In this document: one piece after another, positions 38,141 to 48,120 of the stretch
How the letters are laid out: the number at the start of each line of letters is the position of its first letter
Position numbering within the stretch: the first letter of the stretch is position 1
NCBI GenBank assembly: GCA_965218585.1
Contig: CBDCLE010000002.1
Coordinates: forward strand, 288,001-352,000
Source: Terriglobia bacterium
GTDB taxonomy: Bacteria > Acidobacteriota > Terriglobia > 20CM-2-55-15
DNA: 64,000 bases
Reading direction: 5' to 3'
Program-made: the position numbers and the translations under genes
Notes under the pieces: generated by a model
Seen by the model: the letters and a program-made list of their open reading frames with translations, nothing else
Databases searched by the model: none
What the model was told of the DNA's origin: nothing

Positions 38141-38451
38141 TGGCGCGGCAAGGCAAGCGGCTCTGGCCCTGCTACCCCAGTCTCAGCCGCCCGCTCACCA
38201 TCATGGGGGTCGAACGCACGTGGTTCATCCTGAGCGCCACGCTGGCGCTCGCCCTCTGGAATGCCCTGAACGCCATCGTCACGGCAGCCGTGGTTTTTGT
38301 TGTGTTGTGGGGCGCGGGCTACCTCGCCTGGAAACAGGATCCCAACATGCTGGCGATCCTCAAGGCGTCGACCCGTTTCAAACCGCGTTACGACCCCGGC
38401 AAGTGGATTGCCGAGCCGTGGCGCGTGATCCTCGAAGGACGGCATCCATGA
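38140..38451 (+). CDS. virB3: VirB3/TrbD
   Basis: SLSRPLTIMGVER, two TM, KQDP; coupled to virB2 and virB4. Confidence 0.85.
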   Translation: MARQGKRLWPCYPSLSRPLTIMGVERTWFILSATLALALWNALNAIVTAAVVFVVLWGAGYLAWKQDPNMLAILKASTRFKPRYDPGKWIAEPWRVILEGRHP

Positions 38452-40880
38452 ATCTTGCCGGTGAACGCAGGGAATACGATGCGGCCGGCGCGCTGGCCGA
38501 GGAGTTGCCCTGGTGGGGTTATCTCAATGACGACCGGACCTGCCTGACCCGGGATGGTCAGTTGCTATGCGTCGGCCGCATCACCTCGAGCACGCTCGAT
38601 GGCCGAACGGGCGAGGCGCTCGATACGGTGCTGGAACGCTGGACCCGGCTGCTCTCCAATGTCGAGCCCGGCGGCCGGCTCCATTTCTATCTGCTCCGGC
38701 GGCCGGTTGACCTTCCCGCAGACGCATCCGATGACGGCGATAGCGTCTCGGCACTTGCGCGGCGGCGCCGCAAGGCATTCCTTACCGAACGATTGCAGGA
38801 CGTTCAGGCGTATCTGGTCTGGTGTCACGATCCGGGATTGCAACAGGCCACCACGATGCATGGACGGGGGCCGTGGTGGTTCAACTACTGTCGCGCCTGG
38901 TTTGCCCGGAACCGGGCGCCGCATGAGGCCGTCTACATTTACGACGAGATCGAGACCGCGGCCTCGCGTTTCCGGCAGGTTGTGGATGCCGCCTCGAAGC
39001 TCGTCTCCGACCTGACCCCGATCGAATTGTTGAACGGCCGGGACGGGGGCCGTTTCTTCAGTGAGTTGGTCAACCGGCCGGGGTTGCCCTGGGATGGCTC
39101 GGTCAGCTCTGGATTGAACTGGAGCCTCGCCGTTTCCGAGTTGGATGCCGAGCGGCGCTTCCTGCGCCTCGACGGGGAACCCGTCATCCTCTATTCCCTG
39201 CTCTCGCCACCGGGCGCGGCCCGCGCCAACATGCTCAACGACCTGTATCGGCTCGACGCCCGCATGACGGTGTCGCTGGAATGGCGCCCCTACACGACCG
39301 AGGCGGGCCGGAAGAAGATCAACTCCGCGCGCAAGCACTACTTCTCGCAGCGGTACTCGATGATGGCGCACGTTCAGGAAACCGAAGGCAGTGCCGTGGC
39401 TATGGAGGACAGCGTGGCCAGCGCGGAGTCGGATCGGTTGTCCAAAGCCCTGGTGGAACTCGAAACCGATGGCATTGCCTATGGCGACGTGAGTTTGTCC
39501 ATCGCCTTGCATGGCGAGCTGGCCGACATCGAGCGCCTGGATGGCGACGTGCGGCGCATCTTCGCCACCCACGACGCGAAGCTGATCCGGGAGGGCTATG
39601 GGCAACTCGCGCAGTGGTTCAATCGGATGCCCGGCCAGCCCCGCTCCCGGCAACTGCGCAAGGTCCTGGTGTCCGCCGGTGCCGCTGCCTCGCTCGCGCC
39701 CCTGTTCGGCCCGCCGCGCGGCACGGAGCGGAGCGCCCATCTTGGTGCGCCGGCACTCACAACACTCGAAACCCATTGGCAAACGCCATTCTTCTATGAC
39801 CTCTTTGCCGATGTCGGGCACACGCTGATCCTGGGAGCGACCGGGGCCGGCAAGAGCTTCACGCTGAATTTCCTGCTCGTTCAGGCGTTGCAGTACCGGC
39901 CGCGCGTCCTGATTCTCGACCTCGGGGGAAGCTATCGCTGGCTCACACGCTTCCTTGGCGGGGGCTACCTGGAACTCTCGCCCGATGACAGCCGATCGGA
40001 GGATGCCTTCCGGTTGCAGCCGTTCAGTCTCCCGCCCGGTGAGCGCACGTTTCAGTTCCTCACCGGCTGGGTCACGCGACTCCTCCGGCTCGGGGGCATG
40101 GAAACCAGCGGCGACGATCCCACCGAGATCCGCAACCGCATCGAAGACCTTTATGCCTTTCCCCCGGCACGGCGCGACCTCAGTTCCCTGGTCCGGTCCT
40201 TGCCCAGGCGCATGTGGGCGGCGATGGGACGCTGGCACGGCGCGGGCACCTGGGCCCGGTATTTCGACAACCCGGCCGACGGCGCCGACCTGGAATTTGC
40301 CGACTGGCAAGTGATCGATCTGGCCGGGGCGGCCGAGCATGAAGACCTGTGCGAAGCCGCCATGTTCTACCTGCTCGAACGCCTGCGGCTTGCGCTGGAA
40401 GACCCCGCCGGCATTGCCCGGGTCAAGCTCATGGTGGTGGACGAGGCGTGGCGCTACCTCAAGGACCCGGCCGTGCTGTCCTATCTCGCCGAGGCCGCCA
40501 AGACCTGGCGGAAGAAGAACGCCGCCCTCATCATGGCGACACAGAGCGCGGTCGATGTGACCGGTACGACCGGCGCATCCGGGCTGCTCGAATCCATGCC
40601 CACCAAGGTGTTCCTGGCGAACCCGAATCTCCCCGAAAAGGTCGGGGAGATCTTCCGGCTCAATCCCAGCGAAATGGAGACGATCCGATCTCTCGTTCCC
40701 AAGATGGAACTCTACCTCCGGCGCGCCGGAGAGGCCGCGATCCTCCGGCTCGAAGTCGATCCGGCGAGCTACTGGCTCTATACCTCCAACCCCCGTGATT
40801 CCGAACGGCGCGCCCGGATGATCGAGGAACACGGACTGCAACGCGCCCTGGAAATCCTGGGCGCAGGGAGTGAACAGTGA
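38448..40880 (+). CDS. virB4: VirB4/TrbE ATPase
   Basis: GHTLILGATGAGKS Walker A, VVDEAW Walker B, RKKNAALIMATQS. Confidence 0.95.
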   Translation: MNLAGERREYDAAGALAEELPWWGYLNDDRTCLTRDGQLLCVGRITSSTLDGRTGEALDTVLERWTRLLSNVEPGGRLHFYLLRRPVDLPADASDDGDSVSALARRRRKAFLTERLQDVQAYLVWCHDPGLQQATTMHGRGPWWFNYCRAWFARNRAPHEAVYIYDEIETAASRFRQVVDAASKLVSDLTPIELLNGRDGGRFFSELVNRPGLPWDGSVSSGLNWSLAVSELDAERRFLRLDGEPVILYSLLSPPGAARANMLNDLYRLDARMTVSLEWRPYTTEAGRKKINSARKHYFSQRYSMMAHVQETEGSAVAMEDSVASAESDRLSKALVELETDGIAYGDVSLSIALHGELADIERLDGDVRRIFATHDAKLIREGYGQLAQWFNRMPGQPRSRQLRKVLVSAGAAASLAPLFGPPRGTERSAHLGAPALTTLETHWQTPFFYDLFADVGHTLILGATGAGKSFTLNFLLVQALQYRPRVLILDLGGSYRWLTRFLGGGYLELSPDDSRSEDAFRLQPFSLPPGERTFQFLTGWVTRLLRLGGMETSGDDPTEIRNRIEDLYAFPPARRDLSSLVRSLPRRMWAAMGRWHGAGTWARYFDNPADGADLEFADWQVIDLAGAAEHEDLCEAAMFYLLERLRLALEDPAGIARVKLMVVDEAWRYLKDPAVLSYLAEAAKTWRKKNAALIMATQSAVDVTGTTGASGLLESMPTKVFLANPNLPEKVGEIFRLNPSEMETIRSLVPKMELYLRRAGEAAILRLEVDPASYWLYTSNPRDSERRARMIEEHGLQRALEILGAGSEQ

Positions 40881-41749
40881 TGACTCATCGACCTTTTACG
40901 CGGCGGGTCGCGCGGACGGCGCTCGCTCTCGCCGGCACCGCGCTTCTCTGGCTGGGACAGCCTCCGTCGAGTACCGCCCAGGACGCCGGCCCCATGCTGC
41001 GCATCGAGGCGATCCCCGGTGTCGATCAACTTGTCGATATCGAGACCCGGGTGCGCCATACCACCGTCATCGTCCTGCCGGAGAACGAGAACATCCTCGA
41101 TTTCGTGGTCGGGGATTCCGAGTACTGGCATCTGACCGGCGCGGCGAATGTGGCCTTCCTGAAGCCGATCGCAACGGGTGTGGAAACCAACGTCGCCCTG
41201 ATTTGCGAGTCCGGACGGATCTATTCCTTCCTCGCATCCGAAGGCGGGGAGCCTCACCTGGTCGTCCGGATCGAGCCGCCGCCCGAGGACGACACTCTCA
41301 TATCGGCAGAACCGCACACGCCCGCCTTCATTGCCCGTTCCGAAGTCACCGCCTATCAGGTCATGGCGCAACAGGCCCGGGAGACCGCGCGCAACGCCCA
41401 GGTGGCGGCCGACACGGTGGCCGCCGAAGCGCGCGCCGCGGCCGCTGCGGCGGTCGAGGAGTTTCGGGCGGACTATCCCACGCGGCTGCATTTTGTTTAC
41501 AGCCTGTCGGATCGAGCTCTCGATCCCCCCTTCAATGTCGAAGCCATGTGGCACGACGGCCAGTTCACCTATCTCCGCTCCCACGCCCAGGAATCGCCGG
41601 CCCTGTATGAAGCCGTCGACGGCGACCCGTCGCTGGCCGCCTACGACCTCACCGAAGACGGCCTGTTCATTGTGCGGCGCATCCTCGATTCCGGCTGGCT
41701 GCAGATTGGAGAGCGCCGGGCGATCTGGCGCTACGAACCGGAGCGTTAG
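40877..41749 (+). CDS. virB9: VirB9/TrbG
   Basis: HTTVIVLP.NE.I..FVVGD, MWHDGQFTYL, PALY. Confidence 0.88.
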   Translation: MMTHRPFTRRVARTALALAGTALLWLGQPPSSTAQDAGPMLRIEAIPGVDQLVDIETRVRHTTVIVLPENENILDFVVGDSEYWHLTGAANVAFLKPIATGVETNVALICESGRIYSFLASEGGEPHLVVRIEPPPEDDTLISAEPHTPAFIARSEVTAYQVMAQQARETARNAQVAADTVAAEARAAAAAAVEEFRADYPTRLHFVYSLSDRALDPPFNVEAMWHDGQFTYLRSHAQESPALYEAVDGDPSLAAYDLTEDGLFIVRRILDSGWLQIGERRAIWRYEPER

Positions 41750-41751
41750 TC

Positions 41752-43125
41752 ATGAGTCTATGGAAAAAGATTCCCATCGCGCCGGGGGGCGTCATGCCCG
41801 AGGGCCTGGTCACCAAGATCGGGGTCGCGGCCATATCCCTGCTCCTGGCCGCCATGCTCCTGACCTACAGTTTCACCGGCGGCGGGCCCGAAGCCGAGAT
41901 CGACGTTCCCGAAGCCGCCGGCTTCGATCTTCAGCAGAGGGCCGCCGCCGCAATCGAAGCCGAAGCCCGCCGGCAAGCCGAGCAGCTCCAACAACAGGCC
42001 GTAGCGGCCGAGCGCCAGTTGGCCCAACTCCAGAACGAACAGGAATCGAATGCGGCCATATTGGGAGCGGGCATCGTGCCCCTCCCCGCTCAAGACCCCG
42101 CGACAGGCTTCCCGCCTGACGATCAACCCGTCCCCTTCGAAGGCAACGCCCCACGTAGCGAGGCCGAGGCCGTCCTGCTCGAAACGCTGCGGCTCGAGGA
42201 AATGGAGCGCCGTCGGCGTTCCCTGCGCACCGAGCCGCTCGTGCTGTCCTACCGGAACCCCGACCCGGACCCCGCCGCGGCTAACGATGCGGGGACGGGC
42301 GCCGAAGCCCTGGCGCAACTGCCGGGCATATTTTCGGACCGCGTTCAGGCCGCCCAGGCTACCCGGGCCGGCGTCACGGCCGAAGACTCCATTGCCACGG
42401 CCGGGGAATTTCTCCAATTGCTCAACGAACTCAACGACCGGGAACTGGCCGCGACCGCACAGCCCGCACCGGGGGCGGGAGCCGCGGCCCCTGTTTCACT
42501 CACACAACCATCGATGGAAACGCCCGTGGCCGGCCAGCCGGCGGATCCGGACGGTTGGGATCGCATCTATGAAGGATCGTTTTTAGAGGCCGTTCTCGTC
42601 ACGCAGCTCAGTGGCGATTTCCCCGGTCCGGTCCTCGCCAACGTATCGGTTCCCTTTTATTCGACCGACCGCCAACGCGTCCTGATCCCGCGTGGCGCGC
42701 GGGTCGTCGGTACCGTCGAGGCGGTTGCGGGAGTCGATCAAGAGCGCCTGGCCGTGGCCTTCCACCGCATCATCTGGCCCGACGGCCGGAGCGTCTCGCT
42801 CGAATTCAACGGCCTCAACCAGATTGGGGAAGGCGCGCTCAAGGACGAAGTCGATCGGCATTATTTCTCGATGTTCGCCGCGGCCGGGGCCGTCGGCGTC
42901 CTTTCCGGCCTGACCGCCATCGGATCCAACCCCTATGCCGGAGGCCGGGCCGGTTTCCAGGCCGGAGCCAGTCAAGGGCTCGGGCAAGGCGCGGTACGGA
43001 TTCTCGAACGCTTCCTCAATCGCTTTCCCACCATCACGATTCGCGCGGGCCACCGCTTGCGAATCTGGTTCACCGGCGATGTCCTCGTGCCGCGGCAACC
43101 GCCGCCGACTGGGAGAATCCAATGA
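41752..43125 (+). CDS. virB10: VirB10/TrbI
   Basis: TM, Pro-rich linker, LIPRGARVVG, ERL.VAFHRIIWPDG, PTITIRAG. Confidence 0.92.
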   Translation: MSLWKKIPIAPGGVMPEGLVTKIGVAAISLLLAAMLLTYSFTGGGPEAEIDVPEAAGFDLQQRAAAAIEAEARRQAEQLQQQAVAAERQLAQLQNEQESNAAILGAGIVPLPAQDPATGFPPDDQPVPFEGNAPRSEAEAVLLETLRLEEMERRRRSLRTEPLVLSYRNPDPDPAAANDAGTGAEALAQLPGIFSDRVQAAQATRAGVTAEDSIATAGEFLQLLNELNDRELAATAQPAPGAGAAAPVSLTQPSMETPVAGQPADPDGWDRIYEGSFLEAVLVTQLSGDFPGPVLANVSVPFYSTDRQRVLIPRGARVVGTVEAVAGVDQERLAVAFHRIIWPDGRSVSLEFNGLNQIGEGALKDEVDRHYFSMFAAAGAVGVLSGLTAIGSNPYAGGRAGFQAGASQGLGQGAVRILERFLNRFPTITIRAGHRLRIWFTGDVLVPRQPPPTGRIQ

Positions 43126-43988
43126 AATCACGCGTCATCGCTTTGTCTTTTTCTCTCTCCCTGACTGGGGTCTTGGCCATGTCACCGGGCGCGAGCGCGC
43201 AGTTCAACCTGGACTTGCAGGCGACCGAGATTGCGAATCAGGTTCAGGAGATCGCCAATCGGATCACGCGCTACACGACATTGCTCACTCAATTCACCAG
43301 CCTGGACTGTTCGGCGCAGGGCATGGCGGCGGGCGCCGAAGCAACCCCCGTCGACGAGGCCGCCGTTGCCTGCAACACCCTCAACATGATCGGCGCGTTC
43401 AAGGATTCCTACCAACAGTTGCTCACCGCGCCCCTCGTTCTGCTCAACACCCCCGTGCCGCTTCCGAACTGGCGCGACGTGTTGCAACAAGCGGACACCG
43501 TCACCGAGGCCGACATCCGGAACGTCTACCAGAGCGGCCCCAATGCTGCCGATACGGCGGCGGCCACCTTCCGGCGGCAACGCGACTACGCGGATCGCAG
43601 CGTTGTCCTCGCACATGCCCAGGCCGATGCCGCCGCTGCGCTCACCGCAACACTCGATGAGGCCGAACGTGTTGTTGCGGATCTTGAGTCCCGCAACAGC
43701 GTCACCCGCACGGGCCTTCGACAAACCCGGGCGGCCGCTACGCTCACACGCGCGCGCCTTATCGCGGCGCTGGCCCAGCTCCGTGCCTATCAAACATCCG
43801 CCGAGGCGGCCGATGCTTACAACGCCGAAGTCGTGCGGCGAGAGATTGAAACCCGCAGGTTAGCCGAACGTGCGGCCCTTGAAGCCTTGTGGGCTGCCGA
43901 AGAGGCCACACGGGCCTTCGGCGCCGACGAACGCATCGAGGCCATGTATGGCGGCTATCGCCTGCATCCATTCTTTTCCGGGAACTAA
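43122..43988 (+). CDS. Exported helical protein, VirB5/TrbJ-like paralog 1
   Basis: Signal peptide; helical; located between virB10 and virB6; C-terminus MYGGYRLHPFFSGN. Confidence 0.6.
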   Translation: MKSRVIALSFSLSLTGVLAMSPGASAQFNLDLQATEIANQVQEIANRITRYTTLLTQFTSLDCSAQGMAAGAEATPVDEAAVACNTLNMIGAFKDSYQQLLTAPLVLLNTPVPLPNWRDVLQQADTVTEADIRNVYQSGPNAADTAAATFRRQRDYADRSVVLAHAQADAAAALTATLDEAERVVADLESRNSVTRTGLRQTRAAATLTRARLIAALAQLRAYQTSAEAADAYNAEVVRREIETRRLAERAALEALWAAEEATRAFGADERIEAMYGGYRLHPFFSGN

Positions 43989-44019
43989 GGACCGTTCGCA
44001 AACTAAGAGGAGCATCCCC

Positions 44020-44913
44020 ATGAGAAAAATATTTATCGTCCTCATCGCCATCGGAGCTTTCTGTCTTCCGGGTGTTGTGCGGCGCGGGAGGGCTCAGGAC
44101 AGCCTTCACTATCTCGTGATGATCGCCAACCAGGGCACGCAGATTTCCAATCAGGTTCAAGCCCTCGCGCGCATGGACAGCCACATCGCGCAGCTCACCG
44201 GCCAGTTCGAGCACTTGAAGGAATCCGCACTCGGCCAGATCGGCGCGATTGCCGACCCGATTACGGATCTCATCGCCACCCCCACCGACCTGCTCCACAC
44301 CGCGCGCGACTGGCATTCGGATTTCACCGGGCCGGTGGCCGGCATGGTTACCGCTGTGACGGAGTTGTCCAACGGCACGTCGTTCAGTGAAAGCTGGCGC
44401 GCGATGTTGCAACAGGCCAACACCGTTTCTGCGGCCGACATCCGGAACATCTACCAGATCGGCCCTAATGCCGCCGACTCGGCGGCGGCCACCTTCGCCC
44501 GGCAACGCGACTACGCGGATCGCAGTGTTGTCCTGGCCCATGCACGCGCCGATGCCGCGGCCTCTCTTGCGGCGACCGCGGCTGAAGCCCAGGACAAGAT
44601 CGACACCGTAGCGGCACAAAACAATGTTTCCGAGACGGCGCTGCAGCAAGCGATCCTTGCCGGCAATCTCTCCCAGGGACAACTTCTGGCCGCAATGGCT
44701 CAAATGGAAGCATGGGACGCTTCGGCCGCCGCGGCCGAAGCCTACAACGCCGAAGTCGTGCGGCGGGAGCTTGAAGCCCGGCGCTTGGCCGAACGTGCGG
44801 CCCTTGAAACCGTGTGGGCTCAAGAAGAGACCGCACGGGCGCTGGGCGCCAACGAACGCATCGCGGCCATGTATGGCGGCTATCGCTTGCATCCCGTCTT
44901 TTCCGGGAACTAA
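44020..44913 (+). CDS. VirB5/TrbJ-like paralog 2
   Basis: IANQGTQISNQV; C-terminal half highly similar to paralog 1. Confidence 0.6.
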   Translation: MRKIFIVLIAIGAFCLPGVVRRGRAQDSLHYLVMIANQGTQISNQVQALARMDSHIAQLTGQFEHLKESALGQIGAIADPITDLIATPTDLLHTARDWHSDFTGPVAGMVTAVTELSNGTSFSESWRAMLQQANTVSAADIRNIYQIGPNAADSAAATFARQRDYADRSVVLAHARADAAASLAATAAEAQDKIDTVAAQNNVSETALQQAILAGNLSQGQLLAAMAQMEAWDASAAAAEAYNAEVVRRELEARRLAERAALETVWAQEETARALGANERIAAMYGGYRLHPVFSGN

Positions 44914-44915
44914 AG

Positions 44916-45435
44916 ATGCTGATGAAAAAACGGGTCGTTACATGGACGCTCCTGGTCGCACTCGCCGCGGCCGTCCCGGCCTTCGGCATCTTCGGCATTC
45001 CCAGCCCGGACGAACTCCTGATCTGGTTGGTTTTGCGGCCGATGATGCACGGCAACCAGCGGACGATGGTTGCCAACCAGGTTCAGGAGCTTCAAAAGCT
45101 CGTGGAACAGTTGCAAACCGCTCAGAGCCAACTCACCCAGGTCCGTGACGCGGCGCAGGGTTTGGTGGGCGCACTCACAGAGCCGATGGCCGAACTGGCC
45201 GCAACGCCCACCGATTTGCTCCACACCGCGCGCGACTGGCACACGGATTTCACCGGGCCGGCCGGGGATATGGTTACCGCTGTTGCTGAGCTTTCCAACG
45301 GCACGCCGTTCAGTCGGAGCTGGCGCGACGTGTTGCAACAGGCCGACACCGTTTCTGTGGCCGACATCCGGAACGTCTACCGGAGCGATCCCAATGCCGC
45401 CGACTCGGCGATGGCGACCTTCGTCCGGCAGCGGG
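44916..45435 (+). pseudogene. VirB5/TrbJ-like paralog 3, truncated by deletion
   Basis: Similarity to paralog 2 stops abruptly at ATFVRQRD. Confidence 0.7.
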
Positions 45436-45981
45436 ATGCTGGACATTGTCCTCAATGGCTTCACGAACCTGTCCTACCTGTTCATGGCCTTTCTCCACAC
45501 CATCATCTTCGAGCTTTTTCTTCTGCTCATTCTCGTGTGTCTCATCGTGATCTATGCCGTTTCAATGGGGCAGGTGATCTGGGCACAGCTCGCCCTCGGC
45601 GTGCTCCTGATCCTCGGCCCGCTCTTCATTCCCTTTCTCCTGGTCGAGCCCCTCGCGTTCCTGTTCTGGGGATGGTTCAAGGGCATGTTCACCTACACCC
45701 TCTACGGCGCGATCGCGGCGGCGCTCATGCGGGTGTTCCTGGCGGCCAGCATGGGCTGGATCGAGGCCATTATCAACGGTCCGCCGCCCGGTAACAGCTT
45801 CTGGTGGCACAGCACGGCCTGGTTCCTCAGCATTGTTCCCCTGGTGGCCGCGGGGCTTTTGTCCTCGCTGATGATCGGCACGCTTGCCTCACAACTCGTC
45901 TCGGGGAGCGGAGGTGGGGGTGGAATCATGGGCCTCGTCGGCCAGGCCGCCAGCGGGGTTTCCAAATTCAAGGGAGCATAA
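45436..45981 (+). pseudogene. virB6: VirB6/TrbL C-terminal half
   Basis: LALGVLLILGPLFIPFLLVEPLAFLFWGWFK; N-terminal half missing. Confidence 0.8.
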
Positions 45982-45986
45982 ACGTC

Positions 45987-46667
45987 GTGGCAAAACCCAA
46001 AGACAAAGAATCCGACGCCGGCCGGGAATACGCCGAGATATGGGGCGAGACGATCCACTCGAACCGTCACTTTCGCGTGTTCTCCATCGTCCTCGGCGTC
46101 CTGCTTCTATGCGTCACCATCGCCGTGGTTCGCCTGTCATCGGTCGAGCCGCCCAGGCCGATTGTCGTTCGGGTGGACGAGGTCGGCCGGGCCGAAGCCC
46201 TGGCCTATGAAACGGTCGAGGCCCAGGCCGACCCCCGCGACCCGACCACCAAGTACTTCCTCAACCGCTTCCTCCATGACCACTTCGACCGACGCCAGGC
46301 GACGGCCCAGGAGTACTGGCCCCGCAGCCTCCGGTTTCTCAGTACCGATCTGGCCAACGCCGCTTTCACCGCCAGCAACGAGGAAATCGCCATGCTGGCC
46401 GCCGGGATCACCCCCGAAGAACTCCGGGTCGAGAATGTCGTGCTCCGGATTCAGGCCAATCCCACCGAGCCCCACGGGGCGGTGGCCGACTTCGTCTTGA
46501 TCCGCACACGGCAGGAGCGGGAGGTATCGAGAGAGGCATGGACCGCCACGATGCAGTTTGTTTTCATGCCGGTCATACCGGCCGACCTGGTCATCTTCAA
46601 TCCAATGGGCATCCAGATCACATATCTCGAAACCGATAGAACCCTCATCACGAGCGAGACGCCATGA
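45987..46667 (+). CDS. virB8: VirB8/TrbF
   Basis: TM then PIVVRVDEVGRA; FNPMGIQIT motif. Confidence 0.88.
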   Translation: MAKPKDKESDAGREYAEIWGETIHSNRHFRVFSIVLGVLLLCVTIAVVRLSSVEPPRPIVVRVDEVGRAEALAYETVEAQADPRDPTTKYFLNRFLHDHFDRRQATAQEYWPRSLRFLSTDLANAAFTASNEEIAMLAAGITPEELRVENVVLRIQANPTEPHGAVADFVLIRTRQEREVSREAWTATMQFVFMPVIPADLVIFNPMGIQITYLETDRTLITSETP

Positions 46668-47644
46668 TTGCGCACTTGCGAGAACGGGAAAAAGCGCTCG
46701 AACGGTTCGGGTGGAACCCGCAAGACGCCGAGTGGGTTGCCATGGTCTGTCTCCACAGCGGCGTCTTCACCCGTGCCCAATACACCGCTTATTTCCATGC
46801 CCATCATAGCCGGGCACAGCGTTTCGTTCAGAACCTCGTGGACTTCAAGCTTGCCGTCGAAGAGCCCATTCCCGTCATTCGCCGCATGGATCGAACCGAG
46901 GCCTGCCGGATCACCCACAAGGGCATCTACCGGGAGCTGGGAGTTCCCAACATCCGGCACTGCAGATTTGCCGATCCGGGGGCCTATCTCCGGCGGCTCC
47001 TGTCCCTGGATTACGTCATCGAACACGCGGAACTCGAATGGCTCCCGACCGAAGAGGAAAAGGTTTTTTACTGCACGGGAGTCGGCGTCCCGAAGAACCA
47101 GCTGCCCAGACGGATTTATGGCGGATCGGCCGGGAGCGTCTCCCGGCATTTCCATCTGAAGCTCCCCATTGCCGGCGGGCCGACGACCGCGTTTGTCTAT
47201 GTCGATCCCGGCAACAACACCTCCACGGAACTCCGGCATTGGGGCCGGGCGCACCAGAATGTTTGGCGTGTCATGCGGAGCCGCGGGATCACGATTCATG
47301 TGGCCGCAATCGGAATCAACCCGGACGCCGACAACCGCGCGCGGGCCGTCCTGGAGGGATGGGCGCGCGAGGGCACATCAGGCAACGGCGGGAGTAACGG
47401 CCGGAGCCCCCGGGCGGCAGTGTTGCAGAAGGAAGTGGACGAACTTTCCAGGGCGCTCGATACCTTCGACTCCAAGGTTCTCCGACGATACGGAGGGTTC
47501 ACCCGGGCCGGAGCGCGCTACCGGTCATTGAGGGGCATGTTGGCGAATCCCACGACGGACGCCATCCGGATTGACACCTTCGAGGTATGGCGATCCTGGC
47601 GTATTTATCCCGGCGGCGTGCAGCTCTACGAGGCTCCGGAATGA
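46664..47644 (+). CDS. Second wHTH/Replic_Relax-like protein next to the putative oriT
   Basis: LERFGW...VCLHSGVFTRAQY, RRLLSLDYVI, FVYVD; coupled to virB8. Confidence 0.5.
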   Translation: MIAHLREREKALERFGWNPQDAEWVAMVCLHSGVFTRAQYTAYFHAHHSRAQRFVQNLVDFKLAVEEPIPVIRRMDRTEACRITHKGIYRELGVPNIRHCRFADPGAYLRRLLSLDYVIEHAELEWLPTEEEKVFYCTGVGVPKNQLPRRIYGGSAGSVSRHFHLKLPIAGGPTTAFVYVDPGNNTSTELRHWGRAHQNVWRVMRSRGITIHVAAIGINPDADNRARAVLEGWAREGTSGNGGSNGRSPRAAVLQKEVDELSRALDTFDSKVLRRYGGFTRAGARYRSLRGMLANPTTDAIRIDTFEVWRSWRIYPGGVQLYEAPE

Positions 47645-47782
47645 GATCGAGCTTTGCGCGTTGTCCAAGAAGGTGTGGGCCTCGATCCGGCCCCAAAAAC
47701 CCGGTCACAGCCCCTCGAAAATCGGGCACCCATTGCGCAGCCGAAAAGCCGCACCAGCGTGCGCCAAACAGAACGGGTACTG

Positions 47783-47854
47783 TTGCGCACGCCCTTTGCG
47801 CACGCCCTTTGCGCAGGACCTTTGCGCAGGACCTTTGCGCACGAGCCTTGCGCA
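47783..47854. repeat. Six 13-bp-period tandem repeats with TTGCGCA core
   Basis: Units at 47783, 47796, 47809, 47822, 47835, 47848 (TTGCGCACGCCCT x2, TTGCGCAGGACCT x2, ...). Confidence 0.9.
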
Positions 47855-47913
47855 TCTTCTCTCTCCCATATCGCCGTGATCCACTTGGGGTTAGGCTATT
47901 GTGCACGGTCCTA

Positions 47914-48075
47914 TCCAGTGCAGCACCAGAGAGGGTGTCCGGTGCAGCACCAGAGGGGGTCAAAATGGCGGGAGCGACCCCCCCGTTTGCGCACTTCGTG
48001 CGGCTCTGACCCCCGGATGCAATGCGCATCACCTGGGCCAGTGCCGCCCTCCCTGCCGGGGGTCGCTCCCGCCAT
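47914..48075. promoter_or_regulatory. Putative oriT: direct-repeat pair plus long-range inverted repeat
   Basis: TCC(A/G)GTGCAGCACCAGAG(A/G)GGGT x2; ATGGCGGGAGCGACCCCC (47965) pairs with GGGGGTCGCTCCCGCCAT (to 48075). Confidence 0.5.
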
Positions 48076-48120
48076 AGTGATCCCTGCGGGAAGGCTCGGA
48101 TTCCGGAGGGCTGAGCCGGC

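Noticed and set aside
38565-40841. 758-aa minus-strand ORF
   Set aside because: Antisense shadow of virB4.
43122-45435. Diversity-generating retroelement or shufflon explanation for the paralogs
   Set aside because: No reverse transcriptase or invertase nearby, the differences are not adenine-specific, and the copies are in direct orientation.
47783-47854. Repeat array as CRISPR
   Set aside because: 13-bp period with no unique spacers; no cas genes in the window.
47908-47922. CCTATCCAG as an IncP-type nic site
   Set aside because: Mismatch within the conserved ATCCTG core, and no MOB_P relaxase is present.
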